A stretch of 64,000 bases of DNA from Patescibacteria group bacterium (GTDB taxonomy: Bacteria > Patescibacteriota > Saccharimonadia > UBA4664 > SCTI01), in assembly GCA_004297735.1 (NCBI GenBank), contig SCTI01000001.1, positions 190,435 to 254,434 on the forward strand, in the 5' to 3' direction. Under the pieces are notes generated by a model. It made no database searches. It was not told the DNA's origin and saw only the letters and a program-made list of their open reading frames with translations. Position numbers and translations under genes: made by a program. Below, piece by piece: positions 1 through 9,921 of this stretch; position 1 is the first letter of the stretch; each line of letters opens with the position of its first letter.

Positions 1-411
1 GCCACCAGGCACCGCTATAACCTTGTACTCGGCCGGCTTGGTTTTGCGCAGATTATAGTCGGCGACGCCGCTCAGCCCCTCGGGCGGCAATAGATCGCTA
101 ACCACTCCAACCTGAACACCTCCGCTATGTGGTTCGTAACTAAAAAGCTGTATTAATGGGGTGCGCCCAGGTAGGCTATTGGTTTGAGTTTTATAGTTGG
201 CCGGCAGCTGTATGGTAAAGAACTTGGTTGAGATTGGCTGAAGTGTGGTGTCCGCCTGATTTGCCTGAGCCGTGTCTTGGTTATCAACTTTGATTGCCTG
301 CGAAGACGGGCTGTTGGCCCAGCCATAAAATAAAACCCCAACCATGATACCTGGCAAAATAAACAGTAATCGGGCCACTAAATAGGCACGTTTTTTACTG
401 ACCAGGCTCAT
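1..411 (-). CDS. Membrane-anchored hypothetical protein, runs off the left edge (MSLVSKKRAYLVARLLFILPGIMVGVLFYGWAN...)
   Basis: Manual translation: ATG at 411-409 overlaps the stop of the 408..1529 ORF (ATGA); frame open to the window edge; N-terminal TM helix. Not in the ORF track. Confidence 0.7.
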   Translation of the reverse strand, partial: MSLVSKKRAYLVARLLFILPGIMVGVLFYGWANSPSSQAIKVDNQDTAQANQADTTLQPISTKFFTIQLPANYKTQTNSLPGRTPLIQLFSYEPHSGGVQVGVVSDLLPPEGLSGVADYNLRKTKPAEYKVIAVPGG

Positions 412-1529
412 GGCTTGCGCACCGAATCTTGTATTAAACTTCGTGGATACCTGCCGCCAAGTCGTCCAAGATGGGTAGCGCGAAACGCAAACACACGGGC
501 ATCAACCCAACTAACGGCGTACACCGATATGGCTGCCATATAGCCACCACCGAGCATAAACACGCCAATTCCTTTTAATGGCCCGAGCGGAACAACCGGT
601 GCCGTAACTTGAGGCAGCTTGGCGCAGTCCTGGCCAGATTCAGCATGAGCCCAATCTGGTTGGCTTTGAGCTGACGGTAAATCACAAAACTGCTGTGGCT
701 GGTAGGGCGTGATGGCTAAAAAGGTGCTAATCACAGCTTGCCCGCTAGTATCGGTAGCGCTCACCTTAACCGCATAGGTTTTCATTGATGAATAGGTATG
801 TTCCAGACTAACCTCCTCGTCACCAATATTCCGGGTGCTAGTGGTGCCATCATTCCAGTCGACCACCACATGATAAGGTCTTGATCCGCCGGATATCGAA
901 CCGACCCAAATTGCTGGTTGGTTAGGTCCGAATTTCATAAAAGGATCGCGCGATTGGACGGCCAGTGGCGTCACTGGCGGCTGCTCGGCAGCAGAATCTT
1001 CCGTCTGAGCTTCGGTAGCGACATTGGCAGCTGGCGTCGAAGTCTCAGCCTCGCGCGGGGCGGTATAAGTGACGGTAACGGGGGCGCTATCCGGACCATA
1101 ATCGTTGGTTATATTAACGGTTTTGGCAATCAATAGGTTTACGCCTGGCTTTAACACTACCTGTAAATTAAAGACTCCACCCGGCAAGCAGCTAGTTGAG
1201 CCAAGCAGCGCAGCTCCTGAATAAATCGCTACAATTGAGGTTGGGTTTAGCGGCTGACAGGTCCCCTTAACGACGAAATTGTCTTTTGTAACCGTAGCGC
1301 CATTGGCTGGCTCTTGAATAACAGCCGGCTGAGTTGGCGAAACCGCACTGACCTTAGCACTTACATCAAGTGTGGCGGCTAAACTGCTCCGATCAAGAGT
1401 TATGATTGAACCAATCGCAATTGTAGCCAGCGCAATCACCAAAAAAAGCGAGCGATATGAGGTATGGCGGTGAGACAAAAAGCGCCCACTGTGCTTATGA
1501 TGCTGCAAATGTAGTGTTGAGTGAATCAT
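408..1529 (-). CDS. Surface protein with Ig-like and PKD-like domains
   Basis: N-terminal TM; 'VDWNDGT...HTY...Y.VKVSATD..G' PKD signature; C-terminal hydrophobic segment. Confidence 0.7.
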   Translation of the reverse strand: MIHSTLHLQHHKHSGRFLSHRHTSYRSLFLVIALATIAIGSIITLDRSSLAATLDVSAKVSAVSPTQPAVIQEPANGATVTKDNFVVKGTCQPLNPTSIVAIYSGAALLGSTSCLPGGVFNLQVVLKPGVNLLIAKTVNITNDYGPDSAPVTVTYTAPREAETSTPAANVATEAQTEDSAAEQPPVTPLAVQSRDPFMKFGPNQPAIWVGSISGGSRPYHVVVDWNDGTTSTRNIGDEEVSLEHTYSSMKTYAVKVSATDTSGQAVISTFLAITPYQPQQFCDLPSAQSQPDWAHAESGQDCAKLPQVTAPVVPLGPLKGIGVFMLGGGYMAAISVYAVSWVDARVFAFRATHLGRLGGRYPRSLIQDSVRKP

Positions 1530-1647
1530 AAATATCAGGAGTATCTATACCTATTTGTAACATAAAGCTTGTGTTAAAACGAATAACATATCAGGTCTCG
1601 ATCCAAAACCTCAGATAAGCTACAATAGTAGAGATAGAGGAGATACC

Positions 1648-1935
1648 ATGTTAAACCAAGCTAAAACCTTGTATGAACTTAAAAAGATCCAGTCGGCTCT
1701 CAGCAAAGAGGTGATTGAGGTTGAAACCGGCGATGGCGCGGTTAAGGTTCAAATTAATGGTGAACAAAAGATTAAAAAGATTTCACTAGACCCAGATAAG
1801 ATCGACGTAAATGATCTAGGCAAGGTCGAAAAGTGGCTGGAATCTGCCATCACCCAGGCTATTACTCGTAGCCAACAGGTAGCCGCCGAAAAGATGAAGA
1901 GCGTTGCTGGCGGACTCGGCATCCCCGGCCTGTAA
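1648..1935 (+). CDS. ybaB: YbaB/EbfC nucleoid-associated protein
   Basis: 'G.GAVKVQINGEQKI..ISLDP' motif; directly upstream of recR; GGAG SD. Confidence 0.9.
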   Translation: MLNQAKTLYELKKIQSALSKEVIEVETGDGAVKVQINGEQKIKKISLDPDKIDVNDLGKVEKWLESAITQAITRSQQVAAEKMKSVAGGLGIPGL

Positions 1936-1953
1936 ATAAGGAGTCGCCCGGTA

Positions 1954-2553
1954 GTGCAGATCATCCCCCAGTCGGTGGCTCAGCTTATAGAGGAGTTTGG
2001 CAAGCTTCCCGGTGTCGGTCCGCGTACAGCGGAGCGGCTGGCCTTTTATTTGTTGCGCGCCGATAGTGGGCACGAACAGCGACTGGGCGAAGCGCTAATC
2101 AACCTGCGCCAACAGCTAACCGTTTGTCAGCGCTGCCACAACTTTAGCGAGCAGGAGCTGTGCGTTATCTGCGCTCATCCTAATCGTAACGAACAGCTGC
2201 TAACCGTGGTTGAGGAGCCGCTCGACGTGGTAGCGGTTGAAAAAACCGGTCTATACCAAGGCCTGTACCACGTACTGGGCGGAGTGATTTCGCCCATTGA
2301 TGGCGTCGGTCCGGCTCAACTTAAGATTGCCGATCTGGTAGAGCGAGTTAAAAACGAGAACATCGAAGAGGTGCTGATCGCCACCAACCCTACTACCGAG
2401 GGCGAGGCAACCGCGCTCTATATCCGTAAACAGCTGGAGCCGCTCGAGGTGCAGGTTAGCCGACTGGCGCGCGGTCTGCCGGTAGGTGGTGACCTAGAGT
2501 ACGCCGATCAGATTACCCTCGGACGCGCCCTGCAGGAAAGGCGGGCCTTTTGA
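1954..2553 (+). CDS. recR: Recombination protein RecR
   Basis: LPGVGPRTAERLA HhH, C4 zinc finger, YHVLGG, ATNPTTEGEATA Toprim. Confidence 0.97.
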   Translation: MQIIPQSVAQLIEEFGKLPGVGPRTAERLAFYLLRADSGHEQRLGEALINLRQQLTVCQRCHNFSEQELCVICAHPNRNEQLLTVVEEPLDVVAVEKTGLYQGLYHVLGGVISPIDGVGPAQLKIADLVERVKNENIEEVLIATNPTTEGEATALYIRKQLEPLEVQVSRLARGLPVGGDLEYADQITLGRALQERRAF

Positions 2554-3578
2554 GCCAGTTAGCATCCGCCATTAAGCAGCTCGGGGAGCTAATTGATGAA
2601 GCTAAAACCATCCTCGTATTGCAGCCAGAAAAGCCGGACACCGACAGCTTAACTACCAGCCTGGCGCTAGAGCAAATTTTGGGCGATAGGGGTAAGCAGG
2701 TTTTAATGTATTGCCAAGACGAGGTGCCGGCCTATATTCGTCACTTTGCCGGAGCCGACCGCGTACTAGAAGAGTTTCCGACAAAGTTTGATCTTACCAT
2801 CCTAGTTGATACCGGCGGGCCAAGCATGCTTGCGCGTACGCTCGAAAAGCATCAAGCACAGTTAACCAAAAAGCCATTTGCGGTGGTCGACCATCACCCT
2901 ACCCGCGAGGCAATGCCGTTTGAGGTTGTTGAGGTGATTGACGCCAAGGCCACCAGTACCTGCGAGCTGGTTTTTGAGCTGTCTAAGCAGCTGGGTTACA
3001 AGGTTAACGCCGAGGCAGCTAGCCTGATGGTGCCGGGCATTTTAGCTGATACCCGCAATCTGAGTATTCAAACCGTTGGGGCCAAGGAGTTCCGCTTGGT
3101 AGCCGAGCTGATTGACCTCGGTGCGAACGTGTTTGAAACGCACGAAGCTTACCGAAAGATTAATGCGATTAGTATGGAGTTAATGCAGCTAAAGGGTCGC
3201 TTACTCTCGCGGGTAGAAAGCTTTGCCGGCGGCAAGATAGCTTTTATTGCAATTACACCGCAAGAGCTTAAAAAGTATGCCGATATTCATGACCCGGCCG
3301 ACCTAGTTATGTACGAAATGCAGCGCGCCGAGGGGGTTGAGGTAGCGGTAGCCATGCGTGAGTACCATGGCCAGGCCATCCCGGTTAAAATTAAGGTATC
3401 AACTCGCGCCAACATGCCGGTTGCGGCTAAAACCTGCCAACAGTTTGGCGGCGGTGGCCACGATCGGGCGGCCGGCTGTCAGTTTAATGATGTTAGTATA
3501 GAAGAAGCCAAAAAGCAGTTTATTGAGGCATTAACTGCCAATATTAACGAGTACAAATCAACCCATGAAGCTGTATAA
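2550..3578 (+). CDS. DHH/DHHA1 phosphoesterase (NrnA-like)
   Basis: PDTD, VDT, VDHH, ADT and GGGGH motifs. Confidence 0.88.
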   Translation: MSQLASAIKQLGELIDEAKTILVLQPEKPDTDSLTTSLALEQILGDRGKQVLMYCQDEVPAYIRHFAGADRVLEEFPTKFDLTILVDTGGPSMLARTLEKHQAQLTKKPFAVVDHHPTREAMPFEVVEVIDAKATSTCELVFELSKQLGYKVNAEAASLMVPGILADTRNLSIQTVGAKEFRLVAELIDLGANVFETHEAYRKINAISMELMQLKGRLLSRVESFAGGKIAFIAITPQELKKYADIHDPADLVMYEMQRAEGVEVAVAMREYHGQAIPVKIKVSTRANMPVAAKTCQQFGGGGHDRAAGCQFNDVSIEEAKKQFIEALTANINEYKSTHEAV

Positions 3579-4953
3579 CACGCTAGGTCGCACAATCCAG
3601 GAGGTTAAACCGCTCAAGCGGGGCGAGATCAAGCTGTATACCTGTGGCCCGACGGTTTACCACTACTACCACATTGGCAATCTGCGCAAAAGCCTTTTTG
3701 ATGACACCCTTAAGCGTACCCTCATGCTAAACAACTTTGCGGTTCAGCATGTCATGAACATTACCGACGTCGGCCACCTAACCAATGATGCCGACGAGGG
3801 CGATGATAAGCTCCAGTCTCGCGCCGACGAAGAGGGCAAAACGGTTTGGGAGGTAGCCAAGTTCTACACCAAAGCTTTTACACAAGATATGGCCGCCTTA
3901 AACGTTCTGGCTCCCAGCAAGCTGGTTCCGGCCACTCAAGCAATTAAGCAGCAGGTTGCGATGGTTCAAGCTTTGCTCGACAAAGGCTTTGCCTACCAGG
4001 TTGAGCAGGCCATTTACTTTGATGTATCTAAGCTAAAAGATTACGGCAAGTTAACCGGTCAAAAGCTTGATCAAAAGGAGGTTGCGGCCCGCCAGGATGT
4101 GGTCACCGACCCAGATAAAAAGAACCCCCAGGACTTTGCACTCTGGTTCTTTACGGTCGGCCGATTCAAGGACCACCAAATGCACTGGCCATCACCTTGG
4201 GGCGAAGGCTTCCCCGGTTGGCACCTGGAGTGCTCGGCCATAATCGAACAAGAGCTCGGCGACACCATTGATATTCATACCGGCGGCGTTGACCACATTG
4301 GCACACATCACACCAATGAGATAGCTCAAAGCGAGGCGGCACATGACGGCAAGCCGCTGGCCAACCTTTGGCTGCACAGTGAGTTTCTGCTGGTTAATGA
4401 CAAGAAAATGAGCAAGTCATTAAAAAATACCTACACTCTTGAGGACGTGGTTAAAAAGGGCTTTCACCCGCTGGATTTACGGCTGTTCTACCTGCAAGCC
4501 CACTACCGCACCCAGCAAAACTTTACCTGGGAGGTGCTTGAGGCGGCTCAGAACCGCCGTCAGTCCATTAACGCCTGGGCGGACTTGCGCCATCAGGCTG
4601 AGGCCGATGAACGTGGCCAGCAGCTTTTAATTGCTGCCACCAACGAGATGCAAAAGGCCTTAGCGAATGACCTTGATACCCCACGGGTACTAGCGGTTCT
4701 TAGCGATGTGATTAACGCCGGCGTTGCCCCAACCAAAGACTTTTTAGAGTATTTAGACGCTGCCCTTGGCTTGCAGCTATTAGATAGAGCGGACATCACC
4801 AAAAGGCAGAAAGAACTCATCACTAAGCGCGAGAAGGCTCGTGCCAGCAAAGACTTTAAAGAGAGCGATAAGTTGCGTGATGAACTACTCAAAGATGGTA
4901 TTGAGTTGAATGATACACCCAGAGGCACTCGCTGGAGCCGCAATGCTGGGTAA
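3565..4953 (+). CDS. cysS: Cysteine--tRNA ligase
   Basis: CGPTVY, HIGN, PGWHLECS, KMSKS. Confidence 0.97.
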   Translation: MKLYNTLGRTIQEVKPLKRGEIKLYTCGPTVYHYYHIGNLRKSLFDDTLKRTLMLNNFAVQHVMNITDVGHLTNDADEGDDKLQSRADEEGKTVWEVAKFYTKAFTQDMAALNVLAPSKLVPATQAIKQQVAMVQALLDKGFAYQVEQAIYFDVSKLKDYGKLTGQKLDQKEVAARQDVVTDPDKKNPQDFALWFFTVGRFKDHQMHWPSPWGEGFPGWHLECSAIIEQELGDTIDIHTGGVDHIGTHHTNEIAQSEAAHDGKPLANLWLHSEFLLVNDKKMSKSLKNTYTLEDVVKKGFHPLDLRLFYLQAHYRTQQNFTWEVLEAAQNRRQSINAWADLRHQAEADERGQQLLIAATNEMQKALANDLDTPRVLAVLSDVINAGVAPTKDFLEYLDAALGLQLLDRADITKRQKELITKREKARASKDFKESDKLRDELLKDGIELNDTPRGTRWSRNAG

Positions 4954-5374
4954 ATTTCTCTTCCAGCTAAAACGCATATATTGGTTTATCTTCCGGCCGA
5001 AAACTCAGGGCGTAAAATGCATAATCGAAAATAATGGCAAGATCCTCATGATCCAGCGTACGTTTGGGAGTGTTCATTTTGTTTTCCCTGGGGGTAAGAT
5101 CAATTCAAGTGAAACTCCTGAGCAAGCAGTAAGGCGAGAAGTTTTTGAAGACTTAGGTATTGAGCTAGATAAAATCCGATCGCTTGGATCATTTACTCAA
5201 GAAGTAAGACACCGGCAAGAGACTCTTTTCTGCTTTGCGGCTAAAGTGAGTAATCCAAACTTTACATTAGCCTCACATATAAAAACTTTTAAATGGTTTG
5301 ATCTGGCGGACCTCCCCGAACTAACTCCTGTATCAAATTCGGTTTTCAGACTATATAAGTCTAGCGCTAAATAG
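4943..5374 (+). CDS. NUDIX hydrolase
   Basis: FPGG-x5-E-x5-AVRREVFEDLG Nudix box; likely start is ATG 4943. Confidence 0.8.
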   Translation: MLGKFLFQLKRIYWFIFRPKTQGVKCIIENNGKILMIQRTFGSVHFVFPGGKINSSETPEQAVRREVFEDLGIELDKIRSLGSFTQEVRHRQETLFCFAAKVSNPNFTLASHIKTFKWFDLADLPELTPVSNSVFRLYKSSAK

Positions 5375-5479
5375 GGTACTCAAATTATACTCAGATTTAA
5401 GTATCTGACTGCCGATAGCTATGATACACTCGTAGCCAGGTGAGTACCTCGTCAACCTCTACTAAAAGTTTGGTGCATC

Positions 5480-6076
5480 ATGGGTGAATTGACGGTAGAA
5501 GCAGTTAGCAGGGAAGAGTGGGACAAGAACGTTCCGGTCGACTACCAGCTGGTTTACTTCATTGACTCGGATAGGGGCCTCGGAGTTGGCCTACACGACC
5601 CAGTACAAGACGTGGTCCTGCAACCGACGCCCGCCTCGGTGCTTCGCTTCAGGGCCGATGAACTACAGCTTCTCGAACCGCTCCTCCGAGAGCCGGGAAG
5701 TGTTAGCTACGGCTACGGCTGGGAAGCCCTGCTGGAGTACCTCTTCCAGCTCAAGGTCATGCAGCCCGAGCAAGATCCGGAAGGAGTTCTGAGGGCAAGC
5801 TTTCTACTGGCAGTCGAAGGAGCCAACCGCCACAGCGGGTGCTGGGACGCCTTGTTCCTGGAGCTTCGCTGGTTGCTCGATCGCCCGCGGGTGGACTTTG
5901 TTCGGCTACGCATCGATGGCTTGCTCGACTTGGTGCTTACCCAAGCTGAGCTCGGGTACCGCCACTACCTGGATCGACGCGAAAACCAAGGCCTACCCCT
6001 TGTCGAGCGAGGGTGGAAAACGCCTAAGTGGCTGGAGCAGTGGCTAGATCATCACGACCAGCAGGCTGTTCGGTAG
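5480..6076 (+). CDS. Hypothetical protein (orphan accessory gene)
   Basis: 198-aa ORF with GC-rich codon usage, AT-rich upstream region and downstream hairpin. Confidence 0.6.
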   Translation: MGELTVEAVSREEWDKNVPVDYQLVYFIDSDRGLGVGLHDPVQDVVLQPTPASVLRFRADELQLLEPLLREPGSVSYGYGWEALLEYLFQLKVMQPEQDPEGVLRASFLLAVEGANRHSGCWDALFLELRWLLDRPRVDFVRLRIDGLLDLVLTQAELGYRHYLDRRENQGLPLVERGWKTPKWLEQWLDHHDQQAVR

Positions 6077-6083
6077 ACAAGAA

Positions 6084-6113
6084 ACGGGTCGGGTGCACAT
6101 GCACTCGGCCCGT
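6084..6113. terminator. Hairpin between convergent genes
   Basis: acgggtcgggtgc-acat-gcactcggcccgt inverted repeat. Confidence 0.6.
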
Positions 6114-6138
6114 CGTAGAGCAATTATGTAATAAAGAC

Positions 6139-7221
6139 CTAAGCTTTCTTACTAGCGACCTTCACCGGTTCTTCGACTCGATGGTGCTTAAACCAGTGCA
6201 CCGCCAACACCTTAAGACTGGCTGCAACCGGAATTGCGATTAAAGCGCCAAACAATCCGGCGGCCGAAGCACCAAGCAAGATTGCGATTGTTACAATCAG
6301 CGGGGATAGAGAAGTGGTGCGCCCTTGGATAATCGGCTGCAAAATATTGTTTTCAACCTGCTGATATATAAAGAAGTAAATCGCCAAAATGATGGCCGCG
6401 CTGGTGCTGGTAAAGAAGGCGACGATTACCACTATCACGGCCGCGATGGTGGCCCCTACGTACGGAATCAGCCCCAGAATACCAACCAGAATGCCAAGCG
6501 GCACCGCATACGGCAGACCAACCAGGGTCATGGCAATAATAGAACAAGCCGCGGCAATTGCGGCAATCGTCAGTACACCGGTAAAGTAGCTCGAAACCAC
6601 CTGGTACATCTCGCTAGCTAGCTGCAAGTTACGCTGGCGAGTCTTGTCTGGATGATACCGCCAGATCCGCTCATTCCACCTCGGGCCTTCAAGTAACATA
6701 AAGATAGCTGTTACAAAAATGGTGGCAGCGGCCGCAAATCCGTTGAACACACCCTGAGCAATTGACACCGCCGAGCCGGCTGAGTTAACCAGCCACTTAG
6801 CGATATCATCGGCGGCATTTTGAACCACGCCCTCTAAGTTGTACTTATCAACCAACCGACCAACCGCCGAGTTGTTATCTTGCACGCTTTGTACCGTACC
6901 GGGCAAGGTCTCAATTAAAATAGCGCTCTGCTCAATCAGTACCGGAATAAAGGTTACCGCCAGGAACACAACGACCGCCAACAAGCCGCTCATAACGGCG
7001 GCTAAACTTAATCCACGACTGTGCCGCGGCATGTATTTTTGCAGCAACTCTACCGCCGGGTTGAGCGCCAGGGTCAAAAAGAAGGCCGCCACAATCCAGG
7101 TGAGCTGAGCCCGCAGCAGCACCGCTAGGTTTAACAGCGCCACAAAGGCGGTGATCCCGACCAGAACCTTAAAGATGGTTCGGTTTTCAATTCGGATGGT
7201 TGTAATATCCTTGGGATTCAT
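6139..7221 (-). CDS. AI-2E/PerM family transporter
   Basis: Multiple TMs; 'IPYVGA', 'QQVENNILQP', 'GALIAIPVAA'. Confidence 0.9.
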   Translation of the reverse strand: MNPKDITTIRIENRTIFKVLVGITAFVALLNLAVLLRAQLTWIVAAFFLTLALNPAVELLQKYMPRHSRGLSLAAVMSGLLAVVVFLAVTFIPVLIEQSAILIETLPGTVQSVQDNNSAVGRLVDKYNLEGVVQNAADDIAKWLVNSAGSAVSIAQGVFNGFAAAATIFVTAIFMLLEGPRWNERIWRYHPDKTRQRNLQLASEMYQVVSSYFTGVLTIAAIAAACSIIAMTLVGLPYAVPLGILVGILGLIPYVGATIAAVIVVIVAFFTSTSAAIILAIYFFIYQQVENNILQPIIQGRTTSLSPLIVTIAILLGASAAGLFGALIAIPVAASLKVLAVHWFKHHRVEEPVKVASKKA

Positions 7222-7310
7222 ATTGCAATTATGACTGCCCCTACCTAAAAAGGCAATCTATAACCTGTTGAGCTTGAGCTTTACTTCAGGTAAAATAGTG
7301 AAGTTCACGA

Positions 7311-7385
7311 TGGGGTGTAGCCAAGTGGTAAGGCAACGGGTTTTGGTCCCGTGATTCGCAGGTTCGAACCCTGCCACCCCAGCCA
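7311..7385 (+). tRNA. tRNA-Gln (anticodon TTG)
   Basis: Cloverleaf; anticodon arm acggg-ttTTGgt-cccgt; GGTTCGAACC T-arm; encoded CCA. Confidence 0.97.
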
Positions 7386-7404
7386 GGAATTATATAGGGA
7401 GTAA

Positions 7405-7947
7405 ATGAAGTATATATACATTGACGAGAGCGGTGACATCGGCCGCAAGAGCAAATATATTGTTTTTGCGGCGGTAATTACCGAAAACGACAGGCAGCTT
7501 GAAAAAGCAGTCAAGAAGGTGTGGCGGGCGAAACCTCAATACCACAAAAAGGGCCGGTTACACTCGGTAGAGGTTGATGACGCAACCAGGATCCGTATTC
7601 TTAGTGTAATATCTGACCTGGACATCACTATTAAGTTTCATGTATTTAAGAAGGCCGCGAGCCTACCGGACCAGCATAAACAGTATTATGCAGAACTGAG
7701 CAAGTTCGTTGCAAATTATGTTAAAGATCACATAATTATTGTTGAACGCAAAGACACCCTTAAGAAAAGAAATGAGATCATTCACAGGTGTAGCCTCGAG
7801 TCTATCTTTAAGAAAGTTATATTTGCCGACCCTCATAACTACAAGCAGTTGCAAGCTGTAGATTTTATAGCTTGGTCATACGGTCGAGTCATTGAGCAAA
7901 AAGACGACTCATTTTATAAAATAATTGAAGAAAAGTGCTTTAATTAG
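7405..7947 (+). CDS. DUF3800 family protein
   Basis: N-terminal YIDESG and C-terminal LQAVDFIAW; AT-rich; sits directly behind a tRNA. Confidence 0.85.
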   Translation: MKYIYIDESGDIGRKSKYIVFAAVITENDRQLEKAVKKVWRAKPQYHKKGRLHSVEVDDATRIRILSVISDLDITIKFHVFKKAASLPDQHKQYYAELSKFVANYVKDHIIIVERKDTLKKRNEIIHRCSLESIFKKVIFADPHNYKQLQAVDFIAWSYGRVIEQKDDSFYKIIEEKCFN

Positions 7948-7951
7948 CCAA

Positions 7952-8017
7952 ACAAAAGAAAGCCTCCCGCTTTGACGGATCACTCAAGGTGAACCAACAC
8001 GGGAGGTCTTACTTCTC
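7952..8017 (-). ncRNA. Candidate small RNA convergent with the DUF3800 gene
   Basis: Stem cctcccg (7963-7969)/cgggagg (8000-8006), minus-strand U-tract, and own promoter. Confidence 0.6.
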
Positions 8018-8022
8018 TGCAA

Positions 8023-8051
8023 ATTGTAGCACAATGTAACACGTTCGTCAA
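8023..8051 (-). promoter_or_regulatory. Sigma70 promoter driving the DUF3800-associated sRNA
   Basis: TTGACG-17 nt-TACAAT with extended -10 TG. Confidence 0.7.
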
Positions 8052-8405
8052 AATACTGCGGTTGCCAACCATAATTTGCCTTATTTGTTAGTTATTGCCA
8101 AAATGAGGTTATGGATTCTGGAAGCGAGTAAGCGCTCTTGCTCCAGCAGCTTTAGCGAGGCAGCTATATTCTGAATCTCAAGTTAAAGCTTTGCGACTCG
8201 CAATTAAAAGATACGGGTATATATTTTCAACTAGACGAAGTTAGTGAAGCTCTGCTGCAGGTTATTTCTACGCCAATACAAATGGACAGACCTCGCCTCA
8301 AAAAGTAAATCAGCTTAATTTGATAATTTAGTACACTTATGGCATAATTTGGTGGATCTTGAGGGAGATCGTTAACCCTATACCTCGACAGCAAGGGATG
8401 GAACC

Positions 8406-9182
8406 ATGCAGGAAGTTCAGACGCTGGATCCGCAGAAGATCGACTTCGACCCCTATCGCCTGCAGGCCCAGGTGTACGACGCGCTTCATACGGCGCTGAG
8501 GGACTACAACGCTGAAGCCCATGAGGTGATGCAGCTCATTGCCAAGTACGGCAATGGGGGCAAAACGCTGCTAGACGTGGCTTGCGGTACCGGCCTCCAC
8601 CTGCAGCATTTTCGCCCCTCGTATAGAGTCGTGGGGCTGGACCGCAGCTCTGCGATGCTGGACCGGGCTGCGATGAGACTTCAACACGTCGAGCTAGCAC
8701 AGCGCGATATGCGCAACTTCGACCTGGACGGCCGTCGGTTTAGCGCGGTAACCTGTCTGTGCAGCTCAATCGGGCACATGCAGAGCCTCGAAGACCTGAG
8801 TGACGCGATCGAGTGCATGGCAAAGCACCTGGAGCCGGGCGGCGTTTTGGTGCTGGAACCGTGGTACACGCCATACACTTGGCTTGACCGCCAGCAGCCG
8901 GCTGTGGTCTGGTCGGGGGACGGCTCGGTCGTTCGGGTGACGCTTGCCAGCTACGTGAAGAAGGATGAGCGTACCGAAGTTGAACACGCTCTACTGCAGA
9001 TGCACCACCACATGGGGCACCCGCTGGAGACCGGCTACTTCATCTCGCAGTTCTTGACGTCGCTGTTCACCGACGAGCAGTACGAGGAGGCGATTGAGCG
9101 TGCTGGCCTGAAGCTTGTGTATGAGTCCGCCGGCATCAACGCCAGCAGTCACCCTGTCTACATCGGCATCAACCCGCGGTAA
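8406..9182 (+). CDS. Class I SAM-dependent methyltransferase (TylM1/DesVI-like)
   Basis: LLDVACGTG motif I, DMRNFDL, VTCLCSSIG, HLEPGGVLVLEPW. Confidence 0.85.
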   Translation: MQEVQTLDPQKIDFDPYRLQAQVYDALHTALRDYNAEAHEVMQLIAKYGNGGKTLLDVACGTGLHLQHFRPSYRVVGLDRSSAMLDRAAMRLQHVELAQRDMRNFDLDGRRFSAVTCLCSSIGHMQSLEDLSDAIECMAKHLEPGGVLVLEPWYTPYTWLDRQQPAVVWSGDGSVVRVTLASYVKKDERTEVEHALLQMHHHMGHPLETGYFISQFLTSLFTDEQYEEAIERAGLKLVYESAGINASSHPVYIGINPR

Positions 9183-9242
9183 AAGCTGATGTAGTACCCC
9201 GATCGGTTGGTTTTTACAGCCGGTCGGGGGCAACGGAATTAT
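9156..9242 (+). repeat. Copy 1 of gene tail plus terminator duplication
   Basis: gtctacatcggcatcaa (9156-9172) and cagccggtcgggggcaacggaattat (9217-9242) recur at 9763-9779 and 9827-9852. Confidence 0.8.
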
Positions 9243-9357
9243 CTTTACGACCTTAAGCTTTAGCTCGCAAATTGCATTATCGTAAAAAGACTGTATTATA
9301 TGTGGCGAGGCGAGCGTGGGCTCGTTTTAATTTTGTTCTTCGACAGACGGAGTTGCT

Positions 9358-9726
9358 ATGCGACGGCATTTTCGTAGCGAAGCCGGCTTCACACTGATCG
9401 AGCTGCTGGTGGTCGTGCTGATCATTGGCATTCTCGCGGCAATTGCTCTCCCGACCTACCAGAACCAGAGCAACAACCGCAAAAAGGCCGAGGCTGCATC
9501 AGCCGAGAAGAAAAAGGCCGCTCAACGCGAGCAAATGAAGCTCAACGGTGTCAAGTCGATCACCCGCTACAAGCAAGTGGTGATGATTCGGCTCGACGGG
9601 TCGAATACTGTGCCTTCGGCGCGATACCTCCACAACGTCTGCGGTCGCTCGGGGGTGGATGACATCACGCCGATCGTGACAGGCACCGACCCGGCTACAA
9701 CCCGCATTGTGGTGTTGTGCCGCTAA
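9358..9726 (+). CDS. Type IV pilin-like protein
   Basis: Prepilin motif G|FTLIELLVVVLIIGILAAIALP; C-terminal Cys pair. Confidence 0.9.
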   Translation: MRRHFRSEAGFTLIELLVVVLIIGILAAIALPTYQNQSNNRKKAEAASAEKKKAAQREQMKLNGVKSITRYKQVVMIRLDGSNTVPSARYLHNVCGRSGVDDITPIVTGTDPATTRIVVLCR

Positions 9727-9731
9727 GACTG

Positions 9732-9852
9732 AGGACAACGGCTCAGCGCCAACGGGCGCGGCGTCTACATCGGCATCAAGAACTCCTAGCGGTTTTCGGA
9801 TACCTCGGCCGGTTGCTCGTTTTGGGCAGCCGGTCGGGGACAACGGAATTAT
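9732..9852 (+). pseudogene. Remnant 3' end of a methyltransferase paralog with its terminator (copy 2)
   Basis: Translates LSANGRGVYIGIKNS*, matching the C-terminus ...HPVYIGINPR* of 8406..9182; followed by a related hairpin. Confidence 0.65.
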
Positions 9853-9921
9853 AATTTTGCACACACGTTATTTGAGTTTAAAGAGCGTATACTATAAGCA
9901 TCGCCAAATAAAGGACTTATT

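Noticed and set aside
153-341. 62-aa ORF from the track
   Set aside because: It is out of frame within the longer minus-strand gene that starts at 411 and runs off the edge.
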